A stretch of DNA of 64,000 bases, from contig JBBSXC010000001.1 in the NCBI GenBank assembly GCA_038045945.1, positions 32,001 to 96,000 of the forward strand. The letters are read 5' to 3'. The notes below the pieces were generated by a model that searched no databases, was not told the DNA's origin, and saw nothing but the letters and a program-made list of their open reading frames with translations. Both the position numbers and the translations under genes were made by a program. The stretch comes from Nanobdellota archaeon. Lineage in GTDB: Archaea; Nanobdellota; Nanobdellia; Pacearchaeales; GW2011-AR1. Shown one piece after another: positions 29,747 to 38,919 of this stretch. Numbering within the stretch: position 1 is the first letter of the stretch; every line of letters begins with the position of its first letter.

Positions 29747-30109
29747 ATGACTAATAAAAATAAATCTAATGCTTTTGAATTTGACTTAGTACTGTCAAGT
29801 GTTTTGTCTTTTGTTAAGTGTAAGATTCCTCAGAAACATATTGATGCTCTTAGAATAATTCATCAGGTTGATAGTGAGCTTAATGCTACTTCTCTTATTA
29901 CTCTTATTTCTGGTAGTTTGTACTGTTCTACTTCTACTTCTTGGAACATTTTAAGGTCTCTTAATAAGCACGGATTTATTGTTTGTGGTACTAAGGATGA
30001 TAAGGGTAAACTTGTTCGTCTTACAAATTTCGGTATAGTAGTAATAGGAGGTGTTTTTGATGACAAAAAAGTCTTGTCCAAGAATCATAGAAGAATATTT
30101 GCTTCATGA
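29747..30109 (+). CDS. Small winged-helix DNA-binding protein
   Basis: STSTSWNILRSLNKHGFI recognition helix; VRLTNFG wing. Confidence 0.7.
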   Translation: MTNKNKSNAFEFDLVLSSVLSFVKCKIPQKHIDALRIIHQVDSELNATSLITLISGSLYCSTSTSWNILRSLNKHGFIVCGTKDDKGKLVRLTNFGIVVIGGVFDDKKVLSKNHRRIFAS

Positions 30110-30272
30110 CCCTTTACTTATTGATGACGGCTTGAAGGGTAGAGAAGTTAGTAAGGGTTTAGATGTTCTCCTTAGTGATGGTATGCAGAACTCTAATAAT
30201 TCTTATGATGATCTTAGGAGTATTATTGTTCCCGGCTATGATGGAGGTAATAGTTATGGTGGTATGATCTAG
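30060..30272 (+). CDS. 70-aa hypothetical peptide
   Basis: Strong GGAGGTG SD just before ATG 30060. Confidence 0.5.
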   Translation: MTKKSCPRIIEEYLLHDPLLIDDGLKGREVSKGLDVLLSDGMQNSNNSYDDLRSIIVPGYDGGNSYGGMI

Positions 30273-30347
30273 TGCTCTTTTAGGATATAATTAGAAATAA
30301 TAGTTTTTAGTATAGATTTACTTAAAAGAGAACAGAAACTCATTAGG

Positions 30348-31418
30348 ATGATGTTAGCTGGTACATTCTCAAATACTGATATAAGAAAAGCCATAAGTAG
30401 CGGGGAGATTATTTCTAGAGCTGAAATAAGTGATGTTCAAGTTCAGCCTTCTTCTCTTGATTTAACTATTGGTAGAAAAATTTGGTGTTTACCTTACTCT
30501 TCAATACCTCAGGGGAGAATAGAGGATTACTTGGATGGGAAGAAGTCTGATGTTGAAGATAAAGACGAGACTTATTTGCATAAGAGAGTTTTATACGTTG
30601 CTGAAATAAATGAGGAGTTAAGATTACCTGGCGATGTTGAAGGAAAATCTGAGCCTAAGAGTTCAACTGGTAGGATTGATGTTCATGTAAGGCTTCTTAC
30701 GCAGGGCGGACAAGCTTATGATCAGGTGAGACCTGGTTATAATGGAAAATTGTTTTTAGAAATTTTTTCTAAAACTTTTGATTTAAAAATAAAGTCTGGC
30801 ACTTCTCTTAACCAGTTAAGATTATCTGATAATGGTTGCGAATTTTTGAGTAAGTCTAGGCTTGAGGAGTTATGCACTGATCAGAGAGTTATTTTTACCG
30901 GCGATGGTAAGGCTATTAGCCCTGATGAATTTTTGGAGGATGATTCTATATCTATGACTCTTGATCTTAGTGGTGATAATCCTGGCTATATTGGTAGGGA
31001 TGATGCTCCCCCTCTTGATCTTTCTCGCTTCGATCATGGTTTACTTAAATATTTTGATGTTCCTAAAGTTTTTGATGAGGGTCTTGTTACTAGGCCTGGT
31101 GCTTTTTATTTGCTTAGGTCTAGGGAGAGGGTTAGGATTCCTCGCAGGTATGGTGGTGAAATGGTTAGTATGGAAACAAATCTTGGTGAGTTTAGGGCTC
31201 ATTATGCTGGTTTTTTTGATCCTGGCTTTAATGCTCGTGCGGTTTTAGAGGTTAGGAATATTGGTGGTTCTCCTTTCTTGTTAAGGCATGGTCAAAGGAT
31301 TGCTAACCTCAAACTTTTAAGGTTGAAGACTAAGCCTTCAATAATTTATGGTAGGGGCATTGGTAGTAATTATCAGGGTCAGCAATTAAACCCCGGTAAA
31401 TATTTTAAAGCAATTTAG
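30348..31418 (+). CDS. dcd: dCTP deaminase (long two-domain DCD type)
   Basis: QPSSLDL, KSSTGRID, HYAGFFDPGF, YQGQ. Confidence 0.9.
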   Translation: MMLAGTFSNTDIRKAISSGEIISRAEISDVQVQPSSLDLTIGRKIWCLPYSSIPQGRIEDYLDGKKSDVEDKDETYLHKRVLYVAEINEELRLPGDVEGKSEPKSSTGRIDVHVRLLTQGGQAYDQVRPGYNGKLFLEIFSKTFDLKIKSGTSLNQLRLSDNGCEFLSKSRLEELCTDQRVIFTGDGKAISPDEFLEDDSISMTLDLSGDNPGYIGRDDAPPLDLSRFDHGLLKYFDVPKVFDEGLVTRPGAFYLLRSRERVRIPRRYGGEMVSMETNLGEFRAHYAGFFDPGFNARAVLEVRNIGGSPFLLRHGQRIANLKLLRLKTKPSIIYGRGIGSNYQGQQLNPGKYFKAI

Positions 31419-31463
31419 ATATTTGGAGTGTAGGTTTATTAATTTGTAAATCTCTGTTATAAT

Positions 31464-31733
31464 ATGTCAAAAAAAGAAATCTCTACTGGTGTAGTTCATG
31501 GTGTGCCTGATGATTTGCGTAAGACTCTTGCTTCTTCTTCGCATGCTCTAAAATCTTGGGAGAGTCTTACTCCTCTTGCTCGTAATGAGTGGATTTGTTG
31601 GGTTGAGTCTGTTAAAAAGGTTGAGACTAGGAATGATCATCTTAGAAGGCTTCTTCAGGATCTTATTAATGGTAAGCGTCGTCCTTGTTGTTGGGCTGGT
31701 TGTATTCATCGATTTAAAAATAAGAGAAATTAG
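31464..31733 (+). CDS. YdeI/OmpD-associated family protein
   Basis: VPDDL, LTPLARNEWICW, GKRRPCCWAGC. Confidence 0.85.
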   Translation: MSKKEISTGVVHGVPDDLRKTLASSSHALKSWESLTPLARNEWICWVESVKKVETRNDHLRRLLQDLINGKRRPCCWAGCIHRFKNKRN

Positions 31734-31746
31734 CCATATTTACAAA

Positions 31747-31792
31747 ACGCCCCCACCGCCGAAGGAGTCATCAATGCATCAAGCAGGGATAT
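31747..31792. repeat. Distal att core (31747-31758) plus inverted arm (31770-31792)
   Basis: ATCAATGCATCAAGCAGGGATAT matches the reverse complement of 35285-35307 at 19/23. Confidence 0.75.
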
Positions 31793-31796
31793 AAAA

Positions 31797-32015
31797 TTAA
31801 GTTTTCTTCTTATCAGAAATTTTTCTTATCCATTGTACATCAATTAATATTATTAAAAATGCTATGCCTATCTTTAACCACCATACTCCCTTAAAACCTT
31901 CCAGTAAATCTTGTATCCCTAGGGCTCCTAAACCGCCAGCAGCCATTATTAAGAACTCATCAAAAAGTGTCTGATCCATTTTACTATAAACTACAATCTC
32001 TCTCTTTTTTACCAT
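31797..32015 (-). CDS. Small membrane protein (island)
   Basis: Two hydrophobic segments. Confidence 0.55.
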   Translation of the reverse strand: MVKKREIVVYSKMDQTLFDEFLIMAAGGLGALGIQDLLEGFKGVWWLKIGIAFLIILIDVQWIRKISDKKKT

Positions 32016-32120
32016 ACCTAATGATTAATATCTTAGTTTATAATAATTATCGAGATAGAATATATCAGAGAAAGCTAAATAAACTAATTAAAACTGATAA
32101 TCTAATAAAAAGGTGATAAA

Positions 32121-32870
32121 ATGAGTATCCCAAAATTTAAAGATAAACATCTCTACGACTCTATGGTTAATCCCGCTAATGCTATGAGCATTATTAACAA
32201 AAAATTCAAGAATCTTCCCAAAAAGTATCTCTTTGTTTATGAAAAGTTCGCACTTCGATATTTTTTAAGAAAGTATAAGCCTAAGAAATTGGTTCTTTCA
32301 GGGAGAATGACTATTTATCTGCATAAAGATATCGGTTTTGTTAGAATGGAAGGTATCGGTGCTCCTTACACTGTGGGTTTCATGGAAAACCTAATTGGTC
32401 TTGGAGGGAAGGTCTTCCTCAATATTGGCTTTGCTGGAGGACTTCATAAAGAGGGAATTATCCTTTGTAAAAAATCTTTAAGGGATGAAGGAACTAGCCA
32501 TCACTATATCCCTCATGGAGATTATGCTCATCCAGATGAAGAATTAACAAAAAAGCTTGCTAATTTTCTTGATAAGAACAAGGTAGAATATTCTGCTGGA
32601 GACTCCTGGACTACAGACTCTTACTTTAGAGAAACTAAAGAAGAAGTTGCAAAGTATTCTAAAGAAGGAATAATAGCTGTAGAAATGGAAAGCTCTGCCT
32701 TGTTTACGGTTGGTAAATTCAGAAACGTAAAAGTAGCATCAGCTTTTGTTGTTAGCGATATCTTAAGAGACAAGTGGGAACAAAAAGCTGAACACTATAA
32801 TGTTAAGGGCGGTCTAAAGAAATTAGTTGATCTGGGAATAAAGTTTTTAGGAAATAACGGAGTTAAATGA
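32121..32870 (+). CDS. Nucleoside phosphorylase (PNP/UDP family)
   Basis: GIGAP, RDEGTS.HY, WTTDSYFRET, VEMES, VSD; GGTGA SD. Confidence 0.9.
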   Translation: MSIPKFKDKHLYDSMVNPANAMSIINKKFKNLPKKYLFVYEKFALRYFLRKYKPKKLVLSGRMTIYLHKDIGFVRMEGIGAPYTVGFMENLIGLGGKVFLNIGFAGGLHKEGIILCKKSLRDEGTSHHYIPHGDYAHPDEELTKKLANFLDKNKVEYSAGDSWTTDSYFRETKEEVAKYSKEGIIAVEMESSALFTVGKFRNVKVASAFVVSDILRDKWEQKAEHYNVKGGLKKLVDLGIKFLGNNGVK

Positions 32871-32873
32871 ATA

Positions 32874-33233
32874 ATGGCTAGAGACAGAGGAATAGAACAC
32901 GCAGACAGGCAATTTGATCTGATCAAACTGATAAATGATAAGCTCAAACATAAGAGGAAGATAAGAATTCTCGATGCTGGTTGCGGTCATGGAGTAGCTA
33001 TGATAGAAATAGCAAAAAAGTTTGGAGATAAAGTTGAGATTCATGGATTTTTAGACAATCCTGCTGTTGGAAATCCAAAAATAATTCGTGAAGAGTTTCT
33101 TCAGTTACTCTGGTTATGTCATCAATTTTGTAAACTTCTGTTATTTTTCTCATTATCCAAGCAATCCTTGAACGAATATTGTTTAACCTTACAAATCCTC
33201 TTGGTCCTTTCTGAGAATTCGATGCCACATTAA
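32874..33233 (+). pseudogene. Truncated class I SAM methyltransferase
   Basis: ILDAGCGHG motif I, then plausible sequence breaks at ~33090 where it runs into the antisense integrase. Confidence 0.65.
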
Positions 33234-33369
33234 GACCCATCTCCATATCAGAAACATAACGCAACAATATATCAGAGTTCTGAGTGCTTAAACCAGGAAT
33301 GCCTTCTCTGGTCTTTTTCTTCCAATTCTCATACTGTTCCTTATGTTTGTAGGGGTCTATTTTTACCAT
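32998..33369 (-). pseudogene. N-terminal fragment of a tyrosine recombinase/integrase
   Basis: KIDPYKHKEQY..WK...NSDILLRYVSDME.G.N...KG.R...RLN recalls the N-terminus of DPANN integrases; no catalytic domain. Confidence 0.6.
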
Positions 33370-33512
33370 TTTTTGTTTTTTATACGCTCCGCTAAGTTTT
33401 AACCTAAAAGAGCGTTGAAGTCACATGGACTATTAAGTTTAAAAGTCTTGTCGCAAAACAATATATCCGTTCAGAAGCATGGAGTCACGCAAGAATAAAA
33501 GTTTAAAGCCCT

Positions 33513-34307
33513 CTACTTTTCTTGGTTTGATGTGAGGACTTTGCCTAAAGATTTCTTAACTATGTAATCTGAACCTAAACTGCCGGCTAAAAATGCTATT
33601 ATAGCCCATATCAGATTATCTTTAAACGCCTCTAAAGAAACTTGGTATCGGTCATAAAGAAAGTAAACTAAAGCTCCGCATATAATTATTCTTAGAATCC
33701 ATTTCCAGATATTTCTCCAGTTTATATTTGGTAAATGAAATCTTATTGTTATATCCTTTTGTAAAAATGGCTTTAATTTCGGATATTTTTCTGATAGGCT
33801 ATCAAAAAACCTATAAAACATCAGAGAAACTATTCTACTAAAGAACGCAATTGATAGCCCTATAAACATAAAAGAAACTAACATCACTATCAAAGCCCAT
33901 CCGATATTTCCTTTTTTTATAAGCATTAAAGTTAGGTTAAAAGCTAACAATGAGAATACGCTATAAAAAAATGTATTCTCTATAGTGTAAAGCCGATAGT
34001 TATAAGCGATTTCTATTGGTAAAATCTTTAGAAACTCTTGATAGTCTTTTTCCCTAAGTTTTTTTAATTCTTTGTTAAGGTGTTTTTTACCTTCTTCGGT
34101 TATAAAAAACATTAGACCCCAATCCTCTTGAGATTCAGCTATATACTTGTCTTTTTGTAGTAAATCTTGAATACTTAATGTAACATGTTTATTAATCTCT
34201 GGATATCTTGTTGTCTTACCCCAAATTTCAGACCAATTTGTTCCGCCTCTCTTAGAATAATAGTTTACTAAAAGAAGTACCAATAGCTTAACTTTTTCTT
34301 TATCCAT
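33513..34307 (-). CDS. Membrane protein with wHTH-like N-terminus (island)
   Basis: FFITEEGKKHL wing-like segment; ~4 TM. Confidence 0.6.
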   Translation of the reverse strand: MDKEKVKLLVLLLVNYYSKRGGTNWSEIWGKTTRYPEINKHVTLSIQDLLQKDKYIAESQEDWGLMFFITEEGKKHLNKELKKLREKDYQEFLKILPIEIAYNYRLYTIENTFFYSVFSLLAFNLTLMLIKKGNIGWALIVMLVSFMFIGLSIAFFSRIVSLMFYRFFDSLSEKYPKLKPFLQKDITIRFHLPNINWRNIWKWILRIIICGALVYFLYDRYQVSLEAFKDNLIWAIIAFLAGSLGSDYIVKKSLGKVLTSNQEK

Positions 34308-34331
34308 GTTCTTTAGTTTTATAAGGAAAAT

Positions 34332-34982
34332 TTATTTTTTCTCTTTTGTTATTGAATCGCTTATTATTTTTATTATTCCTAAAATCGCTGGTGAGATAAG
34401 AGCTACTGCGGTTATATGTGTTTGGAAAAAAATCAATGTTAAGGCGATTATAACAATCCAAACTATACTGCCTATCAAATAGTATCTTGCACTACTTGAT
34501 AACCTGTAGAATAAATCCTTTTTATCTATAGCCAGAGTTATTGCAGTGTTAATTATATTGGATGTGATAAAAATAGCCATAATACTTAGTATAAATCCTG
34601 CGATAAATATTTGTAGTGGTGTGATTGTTCCTACTAGGAGCTTGGGTAGAATTGCTGGAACTTTATCTAATACTATGAACCATAATATTGTTATCAAGAC
34701 GTAAATTACTCCTATTGGACTAGCTTTCCAGTGTTTTATTCTTTCTTTCATAAACTTTTTATGTCTAGAAGGATAATAAATTTCAAAAGAAATTTTATCT
34801 TCTATTATGTCTTTATCTTCTTTAAGTTCTTCAATTATCTCATCTATTTCTCCTTCAGAATATTTTTTGCTAAAGCTTTCTTTTATCTTTTTGTCTGTTA
34901 AATTTATCAAATCTTTTGATTTTGTTACTTTTTCTATATAGCTAAAAACTTCTTTCTTCTTTTCCTGTTTTATTTTAGTCAT
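34332..34982 (-). CDS. Membrane protein (island)
   Basis: Soluble N-terminus plus ~4 TM. Confidence 0.6.
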   Translation of the reverse strand: MTKIKQEKKKEVFSYIEKVTKSKDLINLTDKKIKESFSKKYSEGEIDEIIEELKEDKDIIEDKISFEIYYPSRHKKFMKERIKHWKASPIGVIYVLITILWFIVLDKVPAILPKLLVGTITPLQIFIAGFILSIMAIFITSNIINTAITLAIDKKDLFYRLSSSARYYLIGSIVWIVIIALTLIFFQTHITAVALISPAILGIIKIISDSITKEKK

Positions 34983-34983
34983 T

Positions 34984-35247
34984 TTAGCTTAAATCTGAAA
35001 GCTGTTTTTTAAAATAATAAACTAGGGCAGCTAATAATCCCCCTGAAAATATAATCCATCTAAAAAGTTCGTTAGCTCCTACAAATTGTGTAATTATTAC
35101 TGAAACAACATAAAGCCCTAGTAAAAATAAGACCGGTAAAATTATGAATCTAAAAACTGCATTATTGTATGCATCCTCAATATCGAATCTAGCCATAAAA
35201 ACATATAATCCTCTTGATTTTAAACCTTTTTGTATCATCTTATACAC
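34984..35247 (-). CDS. Small membrane protein (island)
   Basis: Two TM; stop 1 nt before the next ATG. Confidence 0.55.
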   Translation of the reverse strand: MYKMIQKGLKSRGLYVFMARFDIEDAYNNAVFRFIILPVLFLLGLYVVSVIITQFVGANELFRWIIFSGGLLAALVYYFKKQLSDLS

Positions 35248-35284
35248 TTAGTTTAAATGAGATAAATAGCTCAAATTAAAATTC

Positions 35285-35326
35285 ATATCCCTGAAAGATG
35301 CACTGATAGATTCACGCCACAACCGG
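35285..35326. repeat. Internal degenerate att copy
   Basis: 38/42 identical to 37404-37445 (tRNA-Glu 3' end plus 30-nt arm). Confidence 0.85.
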
Positions 35327-35366
35327 CAAGTTGCCTATTTTGTGATTTTAAGGGGCGTACTTTTTA

Positions 35367-36122
35367 TCATTTTTTAGCCAAACCCCATAGTAGTCTAGCA
35401 TATGTTTTAAAAGAATCTGCAACATCTTGGTTTTGTATAACTACGGAAAATGACTTCCCCTTATTAATACCGATAGTAATAGTGTCAGCATATATCTCCA
35501 TCCACGCATGAGTGATTAACTCTTTTGGCATATAACGAACCTCACTTAATGGATAAGAAGCAGATTCTTTACCAAAAGGATACCGAGCATAATCATTATA
35601 CAGATAATAACATTTAATTCCCTTTTTGTATCGGCGTTTGTGATAGTCTGAAAAGTATGGAGTTAGCTTATCATAAGGAGTTCTTGCAATTCCTATAATC
35701 CACATTTCATCACCTTTTTTCATAATATTTAGGGTTCTTTCTCTAGCCGTTTGAATGCCCTTTAGTCCATCATAAACTTGGGCTGTCTCAGAAGTAAGAG
35801 CTGTTTTGTGCTTAGATTCTAACTGAGGAATAATCTCTTGAAGTTCATGTTCTTGTTGTTTAAGTCTGTCTTGCTTTTCTTTATTGTATACTAAGAGTCT
35901 TTCGGGGTTAGTGGCTTTGAAACGTTTAATATCGTCCTTGATAATATGAGAAACAAGACCTTTCTTAGCTAAACGACTTAAAATTTGGTACACTTTAGAG
36001 AGAGAAACTCCAGATTCTTCAACAATCGGTCCAGAGGTGACTTCTCCTAGGCCTATAAGAGCAAGGTAAACTTTTATTTCTCCCGAAGTAAGACCTAATT
36101 CACGTAATGGTTCGATATTCAT
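35367..36122 (-). CDS. TrmB-family transcriptional regulator
   Basis: LRELGLTSGEIKVYLAL, KVYQILSRL..KGLV, YDGLKGI. Confidence 0.88.
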   Translation of the reverse strand: MNIEPLRELGLTSGEIKVYLALIGLGEVTSGPIVEESGVSLSKVYQILSRLAKKGLVSHIIKDDIKRFKATNPERLLVYNKEKQDRLKQQEHELQEIIPQLESKHKTALTSETAQVYDGLKGIQTARERTLNIMKKGDEMWIIGIARTPYDKLTPYFSDYHKRRYKKGIKCYYLYNDYARYPFGKESASYPLSEVRYMPKELITHAWMEIYADTITIGINKGKSFSVVIQNQDVADSFKTYARLLWGLAKK

Positions 36123-36188
36123 TATACCCCACTAAGGGGGAAATAGTATTTATATATTTAGTATCTCCTTATAGTAGTAAATAATAAC

Positions 36189-37391
36189 ATGAAACAGCAA
36201 ATCATAAAACTCCTAGACCCAAGGGAAGTGCAAGAGGAGTTCAATTTAAGGGCGAGAAAGAGAAAAGGTATAGCCAAGGTGCTCTCAAATCGTTTCTCAA
36301 ATTACATTAATGAAAAGTTTGACAGTGATGTGAAAACTCTCCTCAATAAGCACTTCAAAGAATCCCATTTTAAGAATGTTCTAGAAGTAGGAGTCGGGAT
36401 AGGAAGAATAGCCCCATTCTTTATAGAAAGATCAGAAACGTTCTACGGAGTGGATTTTTCTGAAGGTATGCTTAATGAAGCTTCAAAAAACCTTTCTCCT
36501 CATAAAAATATAGAATTAATCTATGGAGATGCTTCAGAGTTAGAATTCAAAAAGGGATTTTTTGACCTTGGAATACTCAGCCTTATACTTAAGCATAACA
36601 ATGATAAGCAGACAAGAAAGATTATCAAAAATATGAAAAAATGGTGTAAAAAAATACTTCTTATAGAACATGTAATCGGAGGGGCTCTTGGAAGTAAAAT
36701 AGCAGTTATAAGAACTTTTGATTGGTATAAAAGAGAGTTCTTACCAAAAAGAATAACAATTCATGAATCATTTCACAGAGATAAAGATTGCATTGTCTTC
36801 TGTTTTTTTGAATCATCTTTACAAACTTTTTTACTTATAAGACACGGAGTTGTAGAAGTCCCTCATGAAAATTTCATTTATGGTCAAAGACATAACCCTC
36901 CTCTATCTATGAAAGGCAAAAGAGAAATGAGGGAGTTAGCTAGAAAGAAAAGTCTTTTTTTTAATTCTATAGATCAAGTTTATTCTAGTGCTCTTCATAG
37001 GTCACTTGAGACTGCACATCTACTCTTTAGAAATAAGCCTATTATTCAAGATGAAAGACTTAAAGAAATAGATTTTGGTGCTTATAGTGGCGTAGATATA
37101 AGGGATCATCCTAAAGTCTTTTCTTCTAAGTACAAATCTCTACTAAAACATAATCAACCTTTCACTGATGGAGAGAGTATTCTTAGTGTAAAAAAGAGAT
37201 TAAACCTGTTTAATAAAGAGATTCTTAAGAGTGGAAAATCTTCTTTTTGCATTGTTTCTCATCAATGGCTTCTAAACTGCTACATGAAGCTACTCTTGCA
37301 TACTAACGAGGAATTTATCTTTGAACAAGGAAAGATAACACAGATTATCTTAGAAGATGGAGAAGTAATTTCCTATAAACACAATGTCTAA
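36189..37391 (+). CDS. SAM methyltransferase-histidine phosphatase fusion
   Basis: VLEVGVGIG and GVDFSEGML; then LIRHG, SSAL.RS.ETA, LKEIDFG, GES, VSH. Confidence 0.85.
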   Translation: MKQQIIKLLDPREVQEEFNLRARKRKGIAKVLSNRFSNYINEKFDSDVKTLLNKHFKESHFKNVLEVGVGIGRIAPFFIERSETFYGVDFSEGMLNEASKNLSPHKNIELIYGDASELEFKKGFFDLGILSLILKHNNDKQTRKIIKNMKKWCKKILLIEHVIGGALGSKIAVIRTFDWYKREFLPKRITIHESFHRDKDCIVFCFFESSLQTFLLIRHGVVEVPHENFIYGQRHNPPLSMKGKREMRELARKKSLFFNSIDQVYSSALHRSLETAHLLFRNKPIIQDERLKEIDFGAYSGVDIRDHPKVFSSKYKSLLKHNQPFTDGESILSVKKRLNLFNKEILKSGKSSFCIVSHQWLLNCYMKLLLHTNEEFIFEQGKITQIILEDGEVISYKHNV

Positions 37392-37433
37392 TGCAGGATA
37401 AAAATATCCCCGAAAGATGCACTGATAGGTTCA

Positions 37434-37506
37434 CGCCCCCACCGGGATTCGAACCCGGGTTACAAGCTTGAGAAGCTTGTGTCCTTGGCCTCTAGACGAT
37501 AAGGGC
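37434..37506 (-). tRNA. tRNA-Glu(CTC)
   Basis: Anticodon arm CAAGC-TTCTCAA-GCTTG; GGTTCGAATCC. Confidence 0.96.
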
Positions 37507-37549
37507 GTTACTGTGAAAGAAGCTTTTTAAGCATTAAAAAGCTTATGGG

Positions 37550-38416
37550 ATGATGACTGATGAGGTAATAATTGTTAATAAGGAAGATTTTGATAAGAAG
37601 GTTTTATCAATGAGTAGGGCCGGCTCTGGTAGTTTGCAGATTATTAGTGATTTTGATAAGACTCTTACTAAGAGTGTTAATATTAAGGGAGACAAAGTTC
37701 CATCAATTATTTCTTGGCTTCGTAGGGGTAAGTACCTGAATGATAATTATTCTGATAAAGCTGAAGCTTTATTTTCTAAGTATCATCCTTATGAGTTATC
37801 AACTGATATTTCAGATAAGGAAAAGTCTTCTATGATGCATGAGTGGTGGGAGACTCATTTTAGGCTTTTGGCTGATTGTGGTCTTGACACTTTTACTATA
37901 AGGAAGGCAACTCAGGAGATGGTTGATAAGGGAGAATTACTTTTAAGGGATGGAGCAGAAGAATTTTTTGTTCGTTTATGGAAAGCTAAAGTTCCTTTAG
38001 TTATTATTTCTGCCAGTATTGGTGATATTATTAAGGAATATTTAAAGATTAAAAGTTTTCATTTTGATAATGTTCACATAATTGCTAATATGTTAAAGTA
38101 TGATAATAATGGAAAATTCTTGGGCGTTATTGAGCCTATTATCCATAGTATGAATAAGAAGGAGATTGAGATTAAGAATCATTCAGAATACAAAAATTTG
38201 TCAGGTAAGAATAATATTATTCTTTTGGGTGATGGTTTAGGTGACTTGGGCATGAGCGAAGGTTTACATTACGACAACATTATTAGGGTTGCTTTTTATA
38301 ATGATGGTGAATCTGACTCTTTAGATTTGTACAAGAAGTCTTTTGATGTTATTATTAAGGGTGAAGCAAGTTTAGAATATGTTAATGATTTGATAGAAAA
38401 GATAGAGAATAATTAA
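37550..38416 (+). CDS. Pyrimidine 5'-nucleotidase (cN-III/UMPH-1, HAD)
   Basis: ISDFDKTLT, MHEWW, LRDG, ISAS.G, IH.MNK, LLGD..GD..M. Confidence 0.85.
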   Translation: MMTDEVIIVNKEDFDKKVLSMSRAGSGSLQIISDFDKTLTKSVNIKGDKVPSIISWLRRGKYLNDNYSDKAEALFSKYHPYELSTDISDKEKSSMMHEWWETHFRLLADCGLDTFTIRKATQEMVDKGELLLRDGAEEFFVRLWKAKVPLVIISASIGDIIKEYLKIKSFHFDNVHIIANMLKYDNNGKFLGVIEPIIHSMNKKEIEIKNHSEYKNLSGKNNIILLGDGLGDLGMSEGLHYDNIIRVAFYNDGESDSLDLYKKSFDVIIKGEASLEYVNDLIEKIENN

Positions 38417-38489
38417 TAGCCCCACCAGGACTCGAACCTGGATTTGCGGCTCCAGAGGCCACTGTACTTACCAATTATACTATAGGGCT
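38417..38489 (-). tRNA. tRNA-Gln(CTG)
   Basis: A1-U72 archaeal Gln signature; anticodon arm GTGGC-CTCTGGA-GCCGC. Confidence 0.95.
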
Positions 38490-38589
38490 ATTGAGATATT
38501 GATTCTTTTAGCGCTTTTAAAATTATCTGCTAGGAAAATATATTTAAAGTGGTAAATTCATTGTTTTCTTATAAAGAGATGAATAATTA

Positions 38590-38919
38590 ATGGCTAGTCC
38601 TATAATAATAATGATTGGTATCCTTTTAGTGTTGTGGATACTTGTTAAGTTTAAGGAGATGAGGCACAGATTTTTAGGCACTATTCTTCTACTGCTTATA
38701 CTTTCTTTGTTCCTTTCTGCTACTTATGTTATTAATAAGGAAAATATTGATTTGAAGAGTGGTGATGGTCTTAGTAAGTTTACTAAGTATTATGTTTTTT
38801 GGTTAGGTAACATTTTTTCTAATGCTAAGCAAATAACTGGTAGTGTTATTAATCAGGATTGGGCTTTAAATAATACTAATCTTGAGTTGCCAAAGATGGG
38901 TAATAGTACTGCACAATGA
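38590..38919 (+). CDS. Membrane protein
   Basis: Two TM helices. Confidence 0.65.
   Translation: MASPIIIMIGILLVLWILVKFKEMRHRFLGTILLLLILSLFLSATYVINKENIDLKSGDGLSKFTKYYVFWLGNIFSNAKQITGSVINQDWALNNTNLELPKMGNSTAQ

Larger units (their letters stand above)
31747..37445. mobile_element. Decayed genomic island integrated at the tRNA-Glu(CTC) 3' end
   Basis: 12-bp direct repeat ACGCCCCCACCG at 31747 and 37433; inverted arm repeats; integrase fragment; loss of host strand skew. Confidence 0.8.
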
